64,000 bases of DNA. Source: Candidatus Dojkabacteria bacterium. Lineage in GTDB: Bacteria; Patescibacteriota; Dojkabacteria; JAHIVN01. The stretch covers positions 12,115 to 76,114 of the forward strand of contig JAFGDO010000003.1 in the NCBI GenBank assembly GCA_016932045.1. The letters are read 5' to 3'. A model generated the notes under the pieces. That model did no database searches. It saw nothing but the letters and a program-made list of their open reading frames with translations, and was not told the DNA's origin. The translations under genes were made by a program, and so were the position numbers. Of this stretch, positions 50,276-60,498 are shown one piece after another; the stretch's first letter is position 1; each line of letters opens with the position of its first letter.

Positions 50276-51016
50276 CTAACTTTTCCCCCCCGCGTCCTCT
50301 GCTTTTCCTTCTGGTACAGCCTCTTCCTTCCCCTTCTTCTCTTCTCCTTCTTTTTCTTCACCTTCAGCCTCTTCGCCCTCAGCTACCTCACCTTCTTCAC
50401 CTTCCTCCGCCTCTTCGCCTTCTTCCTCAACTTCCTCCACCTCTTCAACAATCTCCTTCTGAGGAGGAGCAATATATGCAAGAGTTGCATGCTCATCAAC
50501 TTCTGACGTAAGCTCCACTCCTTCAGGAAGTTTTAAATCAGAGATTGGTACATTATCTCCTATTTCATTCAGGTTTGAGATATCTATAACTAACTTTTCA
50601 GGAAGCTTATCGGGAAGACACCTAACCTCAAGAGTATCAAATGGAACAACTAAAAATCCTACACTTTCAACAACTGCCATTGACTGCCCCGTTGTCTCAA
50701 CAGGAACATCTGTAGTCATTGGTTTGGTAAGATCAAGTTCATAAAAAGAAACATGTATAACATTATCTTTAACAGGATCGTGTTGCACTTCGCGTATGAT
50801 CACTTTTTTTGTATCTTTCTCTCCCTCAATTTCTAAATCCATCAGCTTACTGTAGCCAACGTCTTTAAATATTTTTTCAAATGTAACAGCATCAAACTGA
50901 ATATTTAGTGATTGTTTTCTCTTGGGCCCGTAAATAACACCGGGAATTTCACCGCTGTTAAGAAGATCCTTGACTTTTTTCCTAAGCACATTCCTTTTCT
51001 GAACTGCAAATTTCAT
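50276..51016 (-). CDS. rplY: 50S ribosomal protein L25/Ctc with acidic tail
   Basis: GEIPGVIYGP, EVQHDPVKDNVIHVSFY, LPEKLVIDISNL. Confidence 0.93.
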   Translation of the reverse strand: MKFAVQKRNVLRKKVKDLLNSGEIPGVIYGPKRKQSLNIQFDAVTFEKIFKDVGYSKLMDLEIEGEKDTKKVIIREVQHDPVKDNVIHVSFYELDLTKPMTTDVPVETTGQSMAVVESVGFLVVPFDTLEVRCLPDKLPEKLVIDISNLNEIGDNVPISDLKLPEGVELTSEVDEHATLAYIAPPQKEIVEEVEEVEEEGEEAEEGEEGEVAEGEEAEGEEKEGEEKKGKEEAVPEGKAEDAGGKS

Positions 51017-51049
51017 TTTTAAAAATATTAAAACTAAAATTCAATAATT

Positions 51050-51526
51050 CTACTTTTTATTCACCTTAACAACTATGTGCCTATCCTCTCCCTCTCCTTC
51101 ACTCTCTGTACTTATCCCTTTCTCCTCCTTTAATTCTATATGAATTATCCTTCTCTCATATGGCGAAAGTGGAGGAAGTTCTACATTTTGTCCGCTTTCT
51201 TTTGCCTCCTGCACCGCTTGAAGAGCAAGCGACTTCAGATATCTTGCCCGCTTTTCTCGATAATCATTCACATCAACTAGAATAGTTATCATCTCCCCTA
51301 TCTGATTCGTCATCATCTGAGCAAGTATAAGCTGGATAGAACTAAGAGTCTTACCTCTATATCCAATCAACAACCCGAGCTCATCACCCTCAATACCTAC
51401 CTTTAAGAGCCTATTGTCGGAATCATCAGTCCCCATAGCTACCTTGACTCCAGCATCAACTTTTAAAAGGCCTAAGAACTCCTTTACAAGTTCCTCACAC
51501 TTTTTAATAATTTCTGAGTCCTTCAT
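51050..51526 (-). CDS. jag: Jag/KhpB (KH + R3H) RNA-binding protein
   Basis: GLLIGYRGKTL, DVNDYR, YERRIIH, SEGEGEDRH. Confidence 0.9.
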   Translation of the reverse strand: MKDSEIIKKCEELVKEFLGLLKVDAGVKVAMGTDDSDNRLLKVGIEGDELGLLIGYRGKTLSSIQLILAQMMTNQIGEMITILVDVNDYREKRARYLKSLALQAVQEAKESGQNVELPPLSPYERRIIHIELKEEKGISTESEGEGEDRHIVVKVNKK

Positions 51527-51539
51527 TTTGATATAAATA

Positions 51540-52874
51540 TTATTTTACTTCCTTTCCTATTTTTAATTTTAAAGCATCTAGAATCTTTTTTCTATTCATA
51601 AGAAGTTGCTGAATTATAACAAAGAGACTTTGCACAGTCCAGAAAATGCTAAGTCCTGAGGGGAAAATATTTGACCCACCCCAATACCCCAAAGATGTGA
51701 TAATGGTTAAGACAGGAAACATAAACATCATCTGCTTGCTTGTCATACTCATCAGTTCACTCATATCCGGCATCTCCTCTTCACCTTTCTTTTTCTTCTT
51801 TGACTTCTTGGCTGATTCCTTCTTTTTTTCAGGACCAATATTTTTAATGCCACTTAAAATCTGAGTTGTTGCATACTGAGATCCTCCAACTAGTATAGCC
51901 AAGACAACATATGGGATGATCTCTGGGTTTGACCATGAAAAATCAGCTGCAACCTTAGAAAGGTCAATCCCCAAAAAGTTTAAGTTTATAGACTCGCCCT
52001 CGCCAATATCACATTTCTCAGTTACATCCTCATCATCAAAATATACTTCTGTCTCTTCGATTAATAGGACCTGATTTGAAGGCGGCCTTAGATAAAAATC
52101 AAGCTCTGGCTTTCTTGCTGTCACAAGGTATGCTGCTTTCTTCTCTGAAACAAAGAATAGAAATCTCTTTACGGCAATAACATCAGCATTCTCAGCAAGG
52201 TACTCACTATAAAGAGAAATATCCGACTCTCTCATCTTTTTTGCCTCTTCCTCTAGTTTCTTCCTTTCCTCATTCTTCTCTTCATCCGACTTATTTTTTT
52301 CACTTTCTGCTATTTCTTTTTCCCTTGCCTCCTCATCATCAACAACTTCAAAACTATATTCTTGTTCCAGTTCGTTTCCTTCGTTTGTTTTCACCTTCAC
52401 TTTTATCTTATGTTCTCCTGTCTCAAGATCTTCTTCGGGCTGGTATTTTATATAATCCTCGTCACGCTTTAAAGACTCCACGTATGCCACTTGATTAAAT
52501 GCATGCCACCCCTGATCTACAAGGTTGCGTATACCGCCTCTTACCTGTATCAAAAGTATGATGAGAATAATTATTGGAAGACATCCTCCCAGCTGAGAGG
52601 GTAAATATTTCGACTGAAGCTTCATAAGCTCATCGTTTAGCTTTTCTTTATTTTTCCCGTATTTTTTCTTCAGTTTTTCGTACTTCTTCTGGAATTCTTT
52701 CCCTTTTTCAGCTGATTTTATCTGAGACTTAGTAATAGGATACGTGATAAGCCTAGAAAGTACGGCAACACCAACTATAGCCCACCCAAGGTTACCTGCA
52801 AAAAACCTGTAGAAAATTATCAGAAGATTGAATGTAGGTTGATAGAAAAGAATTCTAAATAATGTTCCCACCAA
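51540..52874 (-). CDS. yidC: Membrane protein insertase YidC with large inserted domain
   Basis: NLGWAIV..RLITYP, GGCLPII, FLGIDLS, SGLSIFWTVQSLFVIIQQ; upstream of jag. Confidence 0.9.
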   Translation of the reverse strand: MVGTLFRILFYQPTFNLLIIFYRFFAGNLGWAIVGVAVLSRLITYPITKSQIKSAEKGKEFQKKYEKLKKKYGKNKEKLNDELMKLQSKYLPSQLGGCLPIIILIILLIQVRGGIRNLVDQGWHAFNQVAYVESLKRDEDYIKYQPEEDLETGEHKIKVKVKTNEGNELEQEYSFEVVDDEEAREKEIAESEKNKSDEEKNEERKKLEEEAKKMRESDISLYSEYLAENADVIAVKRFLFFVSEKKAAYLVTARKPELDFYLRPPSNQVLLIEETEVYFDDEDVTEKCDIGEGESINLNFLGIDLSKVAADFSWSNPEIIPYVVLAILVGGSQYATTQILSGIKNIGPEKKKESAKKSKKKKKGEEEMPDMSELMSMTSKQMMFMFPVLTIITSLGYWGGSNIFPSGLSIFWTVQSLFVIIQQLLMNRKKILDALKLKIGKEVK

Positions 52875-53094
52875 AAATTAAAAATACATTAAATACTTGC
52901 TGCTAAGCAAAAGATTCTATCAGTAAGGGTATCAATAGTCAATTGAAAAGCTTATCAAGACAAGTACTAATCATCTCAGTGATCGGAATTAGTACGCTCT
53001 ACTATATGAACTATCGTATATACTACACCTCAAATATTATACAACTAAAATAGGAATTGTTATAATCCTCGAAATAAAATATTAAATAACCTTA

Positions 53095-53673
53095 ATGGAA
53101 ATTACTAGAGAAAAAGCTCAGGAACTTCTTGATAAATATGTAAAAACAGATTGGATCAAGTTGCATTCAAGGGAAACTGAAGTGATTATGAGAGAACTTG
53201 CGAAAAAGTTGGGGGAAGATGAAGATCTTTGGGGAATAACCGGACTTTTGCACGATCTTGATATGGACCAGATTGATGTAAATGACCCCAAAGATCACGG
53301 CAAGAAAACAACCGCAATTCTAAAAAATGAACTTAGAAAAGACATCCCTAACGAAATGATAAATGCTATACAAGCCCACTGTGAGAATTTAGGATATCTC
53401 GAAGTAAAGCGGGAATCAAAACTTGACTATTGTCTTAGTGCTGCAGAGAATCTTTCGGGATTTCTTGTTGCCTGTACACTGGTCATGCCTGATAAAAAAA
53501 TATCAAGTGTCAAAACTGATTCTGTAATAAAGAAGTTAAAAAAGAAAGATTTTGCGAGAAAAGTGCATAGAGAATTCATTTATGATATTGAGAAAGCAGG
53601 GGTAAGTTTAGAAGAATTGATAAATCTATCGCTTAATGCACTTGCGGAAATCGCTGATGAGATCGGTTTGTAA
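53095..53673 (+). CDS. HD-domain (HDIG) phosphohydrolase
   Basis: LHSRETE, GLLHDLD, AIQAH, KKLKKKDFARKV. Confidence 0.88.
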   Translation: MEITREKAQELLDKYVKTDWIKLHSRETEVIMRELAKKLGEDEDLWGITGLLHDLDMDQIDVNDPKDHGKKTTAILKNELRKDIPNEMINAIQAHCENLGYLEVKRESKLDYCLSAAENLSGFLVACTLVMPDKKISSVKTDSVIKKLKKKDFARKVHREFIYDIEKAGVSLEELINLSLNALAEIADEIGL

Positions 53674-53676
53674 AAC

Positions 53677-54012
53677 TTAGAACTTTTTTCCTTTTGTCCT
53701 GGCCATCAGATCCTGGTAAGCAATATTGAACCTTTCGGCATCTTTTAGAATTCTGACTAATTCCCCCATGGATTCAGGACCTTTAGCTTGCACCGTTAGT
53801 CTAGTTCTTCCATCTATCCCAGTTGACTGATCAATCCCCAATGGGTGAGTTACCGATGATCCTTCTAGTTTAAGCCAAGCATTCAGTGCATCCCTTCCGA
53901 GAGGATACGATTCACTAAGGCCCACTAGTGTAGCCCGAATACACACAAACTGACCTACCTTAACCTCGGACAGATCACCTAATCGTACTAATCCATTTCC
54001 TTCAGTTTCCAT
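53677..54012 (-). CDS. Hypothetical protein
   Basis: 111-aa ORF filling the gap between two genes; no motif. Confidence 0.6.
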   Translation of the reverse strand: METEGNGLVRLGDLSEVKVGQFVCIRATLVGLSESYPLGRDALNAWLKLEGSSVTHPLGIDQSTGIDGRTRLTVQAKGPESMGELVRILKDAERFNIAYQDLMARTKGKKF

Positions 54013-54044
54013 TGTCCTTCAAACAAATAAATAATCTAAAACGA

Positions 54045-55010
54045 CTACTCTGCTTTAGATTCGCCCATAAGCATTCTCATAAACTTAGTCCAATAAGTAT
54101 TCTGGAATACTACAAACGGCGCCTGGATAACATTCATGACAAGTGATATAAGGCAGATACCGCAACCACCAACACCTATACCAAGAAGAAGCGCGTCTGG
54201 ATTTAAAAAAATAGGAACTAGCATGAACAAAAGAGGCAAGATTGTAATTAGTGAAATCGCACCTATCACAATTCCCCAACCACAACCAGGGAGAAGCATG
54301 GCAAGCCATGCAAGAAAATACTTCCCAAAATTCCGTGTAAAGATATCCCATGACTTTTTGATGGCTTCAAACGGCTGCATATCTTCTTTATAAGCTAAGA
54401 ATCTCTCTCCTGTCTCTCTTATCCCTGAAACAAAAATTGCAAATATGAAAAGCAGAGGGAATGTGATACAGCAAAGGGCTATAACAAAACCACCTGGTCC
54501 ACCAATAAGACCTAAAAAAGCCATACCAACCGAAATTATGACAACAGGAAAAAAGATCGCAAACCATATCAGGTCATATAAAAGAAAGGTGATCAACCTA
54601 GAATGTGTTTCTGTCCATAAAGACTTTAACTTGATCTTCTCCTCTTCACCATTCTCGTCATACTTTACGGAATTCATAAGAGCAAGTTTTGCCACCCTTC
54701 TTAAGTACCAGGAAATAACTGTAAATATTAGAACCACCCCTATAATTACTAGGATAATCAATGATATTGTAATCCAAAAGGATGGAGACTGTGTAAATTC
54801 ATCAAATTTTTCGCCGATCGTATCAAAGGTTTCGTCGTATCTTCCTCCAAAAGAAACATCTGATCTATCTTCAAAATTATAAGAGCTGCTGTTTGAATTC
54901 CCACCACTTCCAGAGAGAAAGGCAAGGATAAAACCAAATACCCAAAGTACCTTGTACTTCCAGGCAAACTCTGCCGATTCTTTGATAAGTTTAAAGTAAT
55001 CTACCTTCAT
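54045..55010 (-). CDS. Multi-pass membrane protein
   Basis: AWKYKVLWVFGFILAFLSGSGG start, about six TMs, WTKFM end. Confidence 0.78.
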   Translation of the reverse strand: MKVDYFKLIKESAEFAWKYKVLWVFGFILAFLSGSGGNSNSSSYNFEDRSDVSFGGRYDETFDTIGEKFDEFTQSPSFWITISLIILVIIGVVLIFTVISWYLRRVAKLALMNSVKYDENGEEEKIKLKSLWTETHSRLITFLLYDLIWFAIFFPVVIISVGMAFLGLIGGPGGFVIALCCITFPLLFIFAIFVSGIRETGERFLAYKEDMQPFEAIKKSWDIFTRNFGKYFLAWLAMLLPGCGWGIVIGAISLITILPLLFMLVPIFLNPDALLLGIGVGGCGICLISLVMNVIQAPFVVFQNTYWTKFMRMLMGESKAE

Positions 55011-55079
55011 CTATCAAGAATAAAAAGTAATAATAAAGTCATTGTAACACGCTAAAGCTAGATGTACAATTTTCTACTT

Positions 55080-55256
55080 TCAAAATATCAAAAGGGAACC
55101 TCCGCATATCTGGCATAAAAAAAACAAAAGAGCTATAACAGCCAAAATTATTATAATAATAAGACACGGGAAACCTCTCCCAGCTCGAAGCCCATGAAAC
55201 CTTCGGGGTCTAAGGGGTCTTAGTGGACGTATTCTTCTTCGAAATCTTGGGGGCAT
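55080..55256 (-). CDS. 58-aa Arg-rich single-TM small protein (below the ORF-track cutoff)
   Basis: MPPRFRRRIRPLRPLRPRRFHGLRAGRGFPCLIIIIILAVIALLFFLCQICGGSLLIF; TGcTATACT extended -10 about 30-40 nt upstream. Confidence 0.6.
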   Translation of the reverse strand: MPPRFRRRIRPLRPLRPRRFHGLRAGRGFPCLIIIIILAVIALLFFLCQICGGSLLIF

Positions 55257-55306
55257 ATTTAATGAAGAATAAACTTAAATATTGAACAGTATAGCATAAA
55301 AAACTT

Positions 55307-56650
55307 CTACAGAGAATGCGAGCGATAGCTTCGCAAATAAGCAATAGGGGCCCGTAAGTATGCCTCCTTAATGTCTTTTTCTCCAGTAATTCTGAGAAGT
55401 AGATTCTTAAAACCCATATTAAGAGCACTTTTGTAATCCAAAAGTAAGAAAGAAAACTTGCTTTTCTGAATAGCAGCTAAAATGAGTCCACTTTTAGTAA
55501 GAAGCAGCTCACGAAATCTTCCAGGAATTAATCCTAGCAAAAATCTTTCAGCATTTTGCATAAATCTCGTGCAGGAAAGCCTTGCCACTTGTTCTTGTAC
55601 TATCCTATTCCTCTCCTGTAGCTCTCCTAAAGTTCGCGCATTCAGGCCGGCCACCCTAAGAAATTCAATCGAGAGTAGGGATCTTTCCGACTCCTGCAGA
55701 ATCTCATCTTTTTGCAAACATTTGTGGTATCCAACTAGTATATTCAACCATTCTCTGTAGCCAAGATATTGTACATAAGGACATCCTGATTGAATCTGTG
55801 CAATGACGCCAACAAGCTGCGCCTGAAGTTCCTTTGGTAATCCCCTCAAATGGGCAAACTCATGAGCCATAGTCTCTGGATACAAATCCGTAGCAAAAAC
55901 GACTTCATGAATAAAAGGGTTCATAAAGGCCACAATCCCTCTCCTGTGAAATAAAGAGTTGCCCACAAATGATCTCTTCACTTTCCTTGCTGAACTAAAA
56001 GTATAACCATCCACTTGAGCAGTAAATTTTTCAACGGCTTCAAATACTTTTAGAACAAGATCTTCTAACTCAACGCGCTCAACATCTACAAGAACATTTA
56101 ACCTCTCGATCACGAATTCTATCTCCTCAGCAACCTCAAATTGATCAGCAGAAAGATTTAGCTTTTCTTCAAGCGGAGTTCTAAGAAAATTTAATCCATA
56201 AGTTGCAGAAGCTAAAATTACAGCCATCGCTGCGCCCGTTGCTAAAGCCAGACTATTTTTACTTATCAAAATAACCTTATCAGCGATTGGAGCTTCCTGA
56301 CCAATAATTCTTCCGATAGTATAGCTCAAGTATACAAGTCCAGCAGCTAGTAACTCCTCCTGAAATAATGCTGGAATAAGACCTAAATCACTTACTGCAA
56401 AATCAAAACTTTCAGTAATTCTTGACGTAAATGAAGCAAGTCTTGTATAAGCTACTCTGTGATAGAAGTCTCCAACCTCATGAAGTCCATGCATTCTTGC
56501 TTCCCTTTGTAATGCATTTATCGAATGCACAATTCCATAAGCAGCTGCTTGGGAATCTAAAAACTCTGAGTCTATGTATGACTCAACCTCGCGAGATAAT
56601 GATGTGCAACCCTGATATCCCTCACTTAAGTTAGGATAATAATTTTCCAT
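55307..56650 (-). CDS. DUF3810-like putative zinc metallopeptidase
   Basis: GIVAFMNPFIHE, TMAHEFAHLRGLPKE (HExxH...E). Confidence 0.7.
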   Translation of the reverse strand: MENYYPNLSEGYQGCTSLSREVESYIDSEFLDSQAAAYGIVHSINALQREARMHGLHEVGDFYHRVAYTRLASFTSRITESFDFAVSDLGLIPALFQEELLAAGLVYLSYTIGRIIGQEAPIADKVILISKNSLALATGAAMAVILASATYGLNFLRTPLEEKLNLSADQFEVAEEIEFVIERLNVLVDVERVELEDLVLKVFEAVEKFTAQVDGYTFSSARKVKRSFVGNSLFHRRGIVAFMNPFIHEVVFATDLYPETMAHEFAHLRGLPKELQAQLVGVIAQIQSGCPYVQYLGYREWLNILVGYHKCLQKDEILQESERSLLSIEFLRVAGLNARTLGELQERNRIVQEQVARLSCTRFMQNAERFLLGLIPGRFRELLLTKSGLILAAIQKSKFSFLLLDYKSALNMGFKNLLLRITGEKDIKEAYLRAPIAYLRSYRSHSL

Positions 56651-56968
56651 GTTGCCACTATGTTCAAATAGAAGATTAAATTAATTGTATCACAAGTTAT
56701 TATAGGGTAGGAAAAAAACTTCTGAAGATTAGGAGAGAAAATGAGAATCGTAACTCGCATTCATAACCAAGTACTTTATTACTCAATGACTATATCTAGA
56801 TTTTTCAAAAGTGAAGCTGCTTCGGGCATTGAAAATCTAGCTTTTGCAATTTTATTTATACTCGCGTGAATAAAATAATTTTTCGCATCAACAAAATTTA
56901 CCATTTGTGGGAATTTTACTAAAAAAGGTGAGATTTCACTAGCTAACCGATTTGCATTCAAATGCTTC

Positions 56969-57514
56969 CTAAACCATGAGAATACCCACTGTAGTAACAA
57001 CTGATACCATCGTCATAAATAATCCGTAAACAAGCAAAAGTTTCATAGCAAGGACTCCAAACTTCTTCCTGAGCTTTCCAACACCACTTAGATACATGAG
57101 TAAAACTCCAACAAGAAGGTAAACAACAAGAGTCACAACTATAGTTGCAGTGCTTAGATTATCCGAACCCCAGGAGGGCTTAAATACAACTCTTTCAATG
57201 AAAGTCGTAAGTCCTTTAACAAAAGTAACTGTTAAGCAGATAGCTACATTCACAAGGATAAATGGAAGACATACTTTCAATTTCTCCAGGCTCTTAATGA
57301 ATTTTTTTGCTACCAGACATACAAGTCCCAACAAGACTCCGAAGAATGAAAGACTGCAAATAAGTACACCCACTAACTCAACAACCCTAAGTTGCAATTC
57401 CCTTCTTGAGATAAGCGAAAGGGCATAAACAGGTGAAGTGAATAAAAGAAATAAAGGAATAGTAAGGAAGTAAATTAAAAGGTTGCGAGGGAATTTTGCT
57501 TTAAATGTACTCAA
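56969..57514 (-). CDS. Hypothetical membrane protein
   Basis: Signal peptide (PVYA) and four TMs. Confidence 0.7.
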   Translation of the reverse strand: MSTFKAKFPRNLLIYFLTIPLFLLFTSPVYALSLISRRELQLRVVELVGVLICSLSFFGVLLGLVCLVAKKFIKSLEKLKVCLPFILVNVAICLTVTFVKGLTTFIERVVFKPSWGSDNLSTATIVVTLVVYLLVGVLLMYLSGVGKLRKKFGVLAMKLLLVYGLFMTMVSVVTTVGILMV

Positions 57515-57684
57515 GGCAGGTTGTTAATAAGTAAGGTTGACAACATGGTAATAGATTTTGAAGAATTTATCAATGTCTGAACCTATATTTAGAACTAGTT
57601 CAGAGGTTATGACAAAGATGCTAGTTTGGTAAAGCAGCCAGTGAGTATGAGGCAGACACATTAAAGTGGAATTTGTAAATAATT

Positions 57685-58566
57685 CTATCTTCCTCTGACT
57701 TGCCTCCTTGGCTCCTTAAGTCTCTCCATAACGTCGCCAATGTATCTAAAGGCGCCATAAATACTTTCTAAAACTTCCGGTTCATATTCATCTACACGTA
57801 ACGTGAGTGTTGATACCGGAGCCTCCTGATTTCCTGGGAAAATTATAAGAGAAACTTCAACCCTATCGTAATACCTTGTGGCTCTTATACCTATTTGTTT
57901 GTGAAAGATAATAGTCCTTAGTTGTTGGTTATACTCTACTGGTGTATTTGCAATCACTATACTTTCAAGTGGCAGATTAAAAAGTCTCTCAAGCAAAGGT
58001 AGTCTTACTCGCTGATTATAATCAGATGCTTCTTCAGCCCCCTTTGCAGTGCCTATCTTTTCCATAGTCCCAGTAAGTTGTTCAACTCTACCGCCGACTA
58101 CATCAGTAAATGCAGCCAGCTTAGTACTTCCAGTCACTATCTCTTCACGTCCTTCAAACATTAACTGATTCTCTCTTCGTCCAGGCGGAATAAACATAGT
58201 ATCCGTCTGGCGAGCTGCGAATCTTGTATAAGTATGTGTTGCCTTACCAGCCGGATATCCAGTTACACCAGGAACTTCCAAACTATGTTGCTCCGCCTTA
58301 GAAACAACTCTTTTAAAAGAACCAGAGTCTTCAAGCAGTCTTGTTAAGAGATTTCGCAAAACATCAAGTTGACCACGAATTTCTTCTCTTTGAACAAGAC
58401 AATGTTCTAGGTTAAGTTCAAGTTCTCCAAAACCATTCTCAAGATCCTCTCTCTGTATAAGCCACCGGCCTAAAATATCTAGACTGTGTTCGAGTACGTA
58501 TCTTGCCGCATCTATGCGGTCACCCCCCATACTCTCCTGATCAAAAGCTTGCTCTGCTTCTTCCAT
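57685..58566 (-). CDS. Hypothetical protein
   Basis: 293-aa ORF, acidic N-terminus, Arg-rich C-terminus. Confidence 0.7.
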   Translation of the reverse strand: MEEAEQAFDQESMGGDRIDAARYVLEHSLDILGRWLIQREDLENGFGELELNLEHCLVQREEIRGQLDVLRNLLTRLLEDSGSFKRVVSKAEQHSLEVPGVTGYPAGKATHTYTRFAARQTDTMFIPPGRRENQLMFEGREEIVTGSTKLAAFTDVVGGRVEQLTGTMEKIGTAKGAEEASDYNQRVRLPLLERLFNLPLESIVIANTPVEYNQQLRTIIFHKQIGIRATRYYDRVEVSLIIFPGNQEAPVSTLTLRVDEYEPEVLESIYGAFRYIGDVMERLKEPRRQVRGR

Positions 58567-58842
58567 TAATCTTCCTTAACAATATTAAGTAAAGAGACTT
58601 ATGGATAAACATAAGTCTTAAATAAAAAGGAAATTCTTACTATTGTTAAGATTATATCTTAATTTAGAGGGTTTATTCAAATCTGATATAATCAGGAAAG
58701 ATTAACCTTATAGCAAATTAAGATAGAAAACCAACACGCAGATCATGAAACAGCAATTGCCCAAACTAGACTCCTCGAAGAATTCTCCTCCTCAAGCGGA
58801 GTAAGTTTCCACGTTGCATCTCTTAGAGGTCAGGGCACTTTT

Positions 58843-59457
58843 ATGAATCTTCATGCACCTACAATTATAGAGACTAATGTACAACCATGTCTAATAACAA
58901 GTTTTTGGAGTGCAGCTCTCTGTGAAACAGAATTCCCGGGGATCTTAGAACGTATCGAGAGAGAAAGGGGAAAAATCTTATTCCTGGGAAATGGTCTAAG
59001 TGACATACCACTTATTCCGGCTGCATTACTCTCAAAAGGAATCCTCGATCAACCTGCGACTATAGTTGATGTTTTCGACTACATGCTGCTCAAAGACGAT
59101 ATCTATGCTGTTTACGAGTTACTAAAGGGTAATGGTCCTATCCCTCAAAACCTCTGGTATATTCTAAATAAAACCGTTTTTCTATGCAATGCAATTAGCC
59201 TAGGAAGATTAAAAGTGATTCAGTATTGCTTCGGAACTTCAAATATCCCAGCCGAACTACTCAACTCCAACTTAGTCGTAAATCTCTGGGGGCCTCCCAT
59301 AACAACACTTCACGAACAGCTTGCACTTTTAACAGTCGGAGGAGAATTGTACCTAAAAGGTATAGAAACCCGCCATCTTGTACTCAGCGCAGAGTTTGAA
59401 TTCACTCCTCTTGCAAAAGGCGTTGGGGGTATCATCCAAAGAATAGCTAATTCTTAA
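58843..59457 (+). CDS. Hypothetical protein, possibly degenerate SAM-methyltransferase fold
   Basis: KILFLGNGLS and LLTVGGELYL resemble class I MTase strands; frame stays open about 40 codons upstream without ATG. Confidence 0.55.
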   Translation: MNLHAPTIIETNVQPCLITSFWSAALCETEFPGILERIERERGKILFLGNGLSDIPLIPAALLSKGILDQPATIVDVFDYMLLKDDIYAVYELLKGNGPIPQNLWYILNKTVFLCNAISLGRLKVIQYCFGTSNIPAELLNSNLVVNLWGPPITTLHEQLALLTVGGELYLKGIETRHLVLSAEFEFTPLAKGVGGIIQRIANS

Positions 59458-59846
59458 GAGACTGTATTTGCAAGATTATACATTGGCATATAAACAACTA
59501 GCGACAGAAAAGCAACAAAACCGCAGGTTAAAAGAATTCCTGGAATAACGTATAGGAGAATGAGCATCTTCTTGCCAACATTTCTAAGTAGGTATGCAAT
59601 ACCAAGCGAGATCAATAAAATGAAAATAAGAACTACTGGGAGAAATATAAACCAGAACTGCGTAAAGTATTCTGTAGACCTGACAAAAAATAATGTAAGA
59701 ACAGGCAGATCTGCCCCGAATTCTTCGTACAATTTAGAAACACTTGGCGTGAAGATAAGCGAGTTGATCAGAAACACACCAAACAAAACAGAAAGAACTA
59801 TGAAGTTAATAGCTGATATTTTTAAAAATTTACTCCCCGATTCCAT
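59454..59846 (-). CDS. Small PilC/GspF-related three-TM protein
   Basis: PSVSKLYEEFGADLPVLT and VYMPMYNL match the two PilC membrane segments. Confidence 0.65.
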   Translation of the reverse strand: MESGSKFLKISAINFIVLSVLFGVFLINSLIFTPSVSKLYEEFGADLPVLTLFFVRSTEYFTQFWFIFLPVVLIFILLISLGIAYLLRNVGKKMLILLYVIPGILLTCGFVAFLSLVVYMPMYNLANTVS

Positions 59847-59985
59847 AATAAATAAAAAAAATATTAGTTAGCATATTCTATCTAAATAAAGATAATTTGT
59901 CATGTGAAGGAAGAGCTATGCCAAAGTAAAGTCATAAGTAGTACTTACAGTGATATGCCCTGGTTACTTTCAAAATTCTAACGAA

Positions 59986-60387
59986 TCAAGCAGCAAGGGG
60001 TACATCACTATTACCTAATTGTAACTGTATTATTGGAACGACAACACTGGGAAATACATGATTTGTAAAAATTGCTTCAGCAACTTCCCCAGGGATCATT
60101 CTACTACCTTCTATACCTCTTGGGATGAAATGAGTTGCTACAAATCTTGTTTGTAGATTTACTACTACTTGAACCTGCATAACAGCTCCGGGATATCCTT
60201 GATGTACAATATTTGCAAATATCACACCACGATCATTTATACCTACTGCCACAGCATAAGCATCCTCATCATCGGGATCTACTTCTGGAATCATGATTTC
60301 AGGACGAAAAGCGACATCTAAACCAGATGGTCTGTAATCATTGAAATCTGTTTCTTTTTCAGTTTCTCCCATATTATCCGTATTCAA
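59986..60387 (-). CDS. Hypothetical protein
   Basis: 133-aa ORF, probable start MGETEKE. Confidence 0.6.
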   Translation of the reverse strand: MNTDNMGETEKETDFNDYRPSGLDVAFRPEIMIPEVDPDDEDAYAVAVGINDRGVIFANIVHQGYPGAVMQVQVVVNLQTRFVATHFIPRGIEGSRMIPGEVAEAIFTNHVFPSVVVPIIQLQLGNSDVPLAA

Positions 60388-60498
60388 ACAAGCCCATATT
60401 AATTATATTGCAAGAATAATATATCTCAAAATGAAAGCCCCATATCTACTGCCTTCTAATCTTTGTGCATTATTATAACTCGAAAATTCTGTTAATCT

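Noticed and set aside
50290-50460. Repetitive DNA in rplY
   Set aside because: Encodes the ordinary acidic Ctc tail
55080-55256. Ribosomal protein L34 (rpmH), expected near yidC
   Set aside because: Arg-rich but lacks MKRT(Y/F)QP and HGFR..M pattern and has a TM helix
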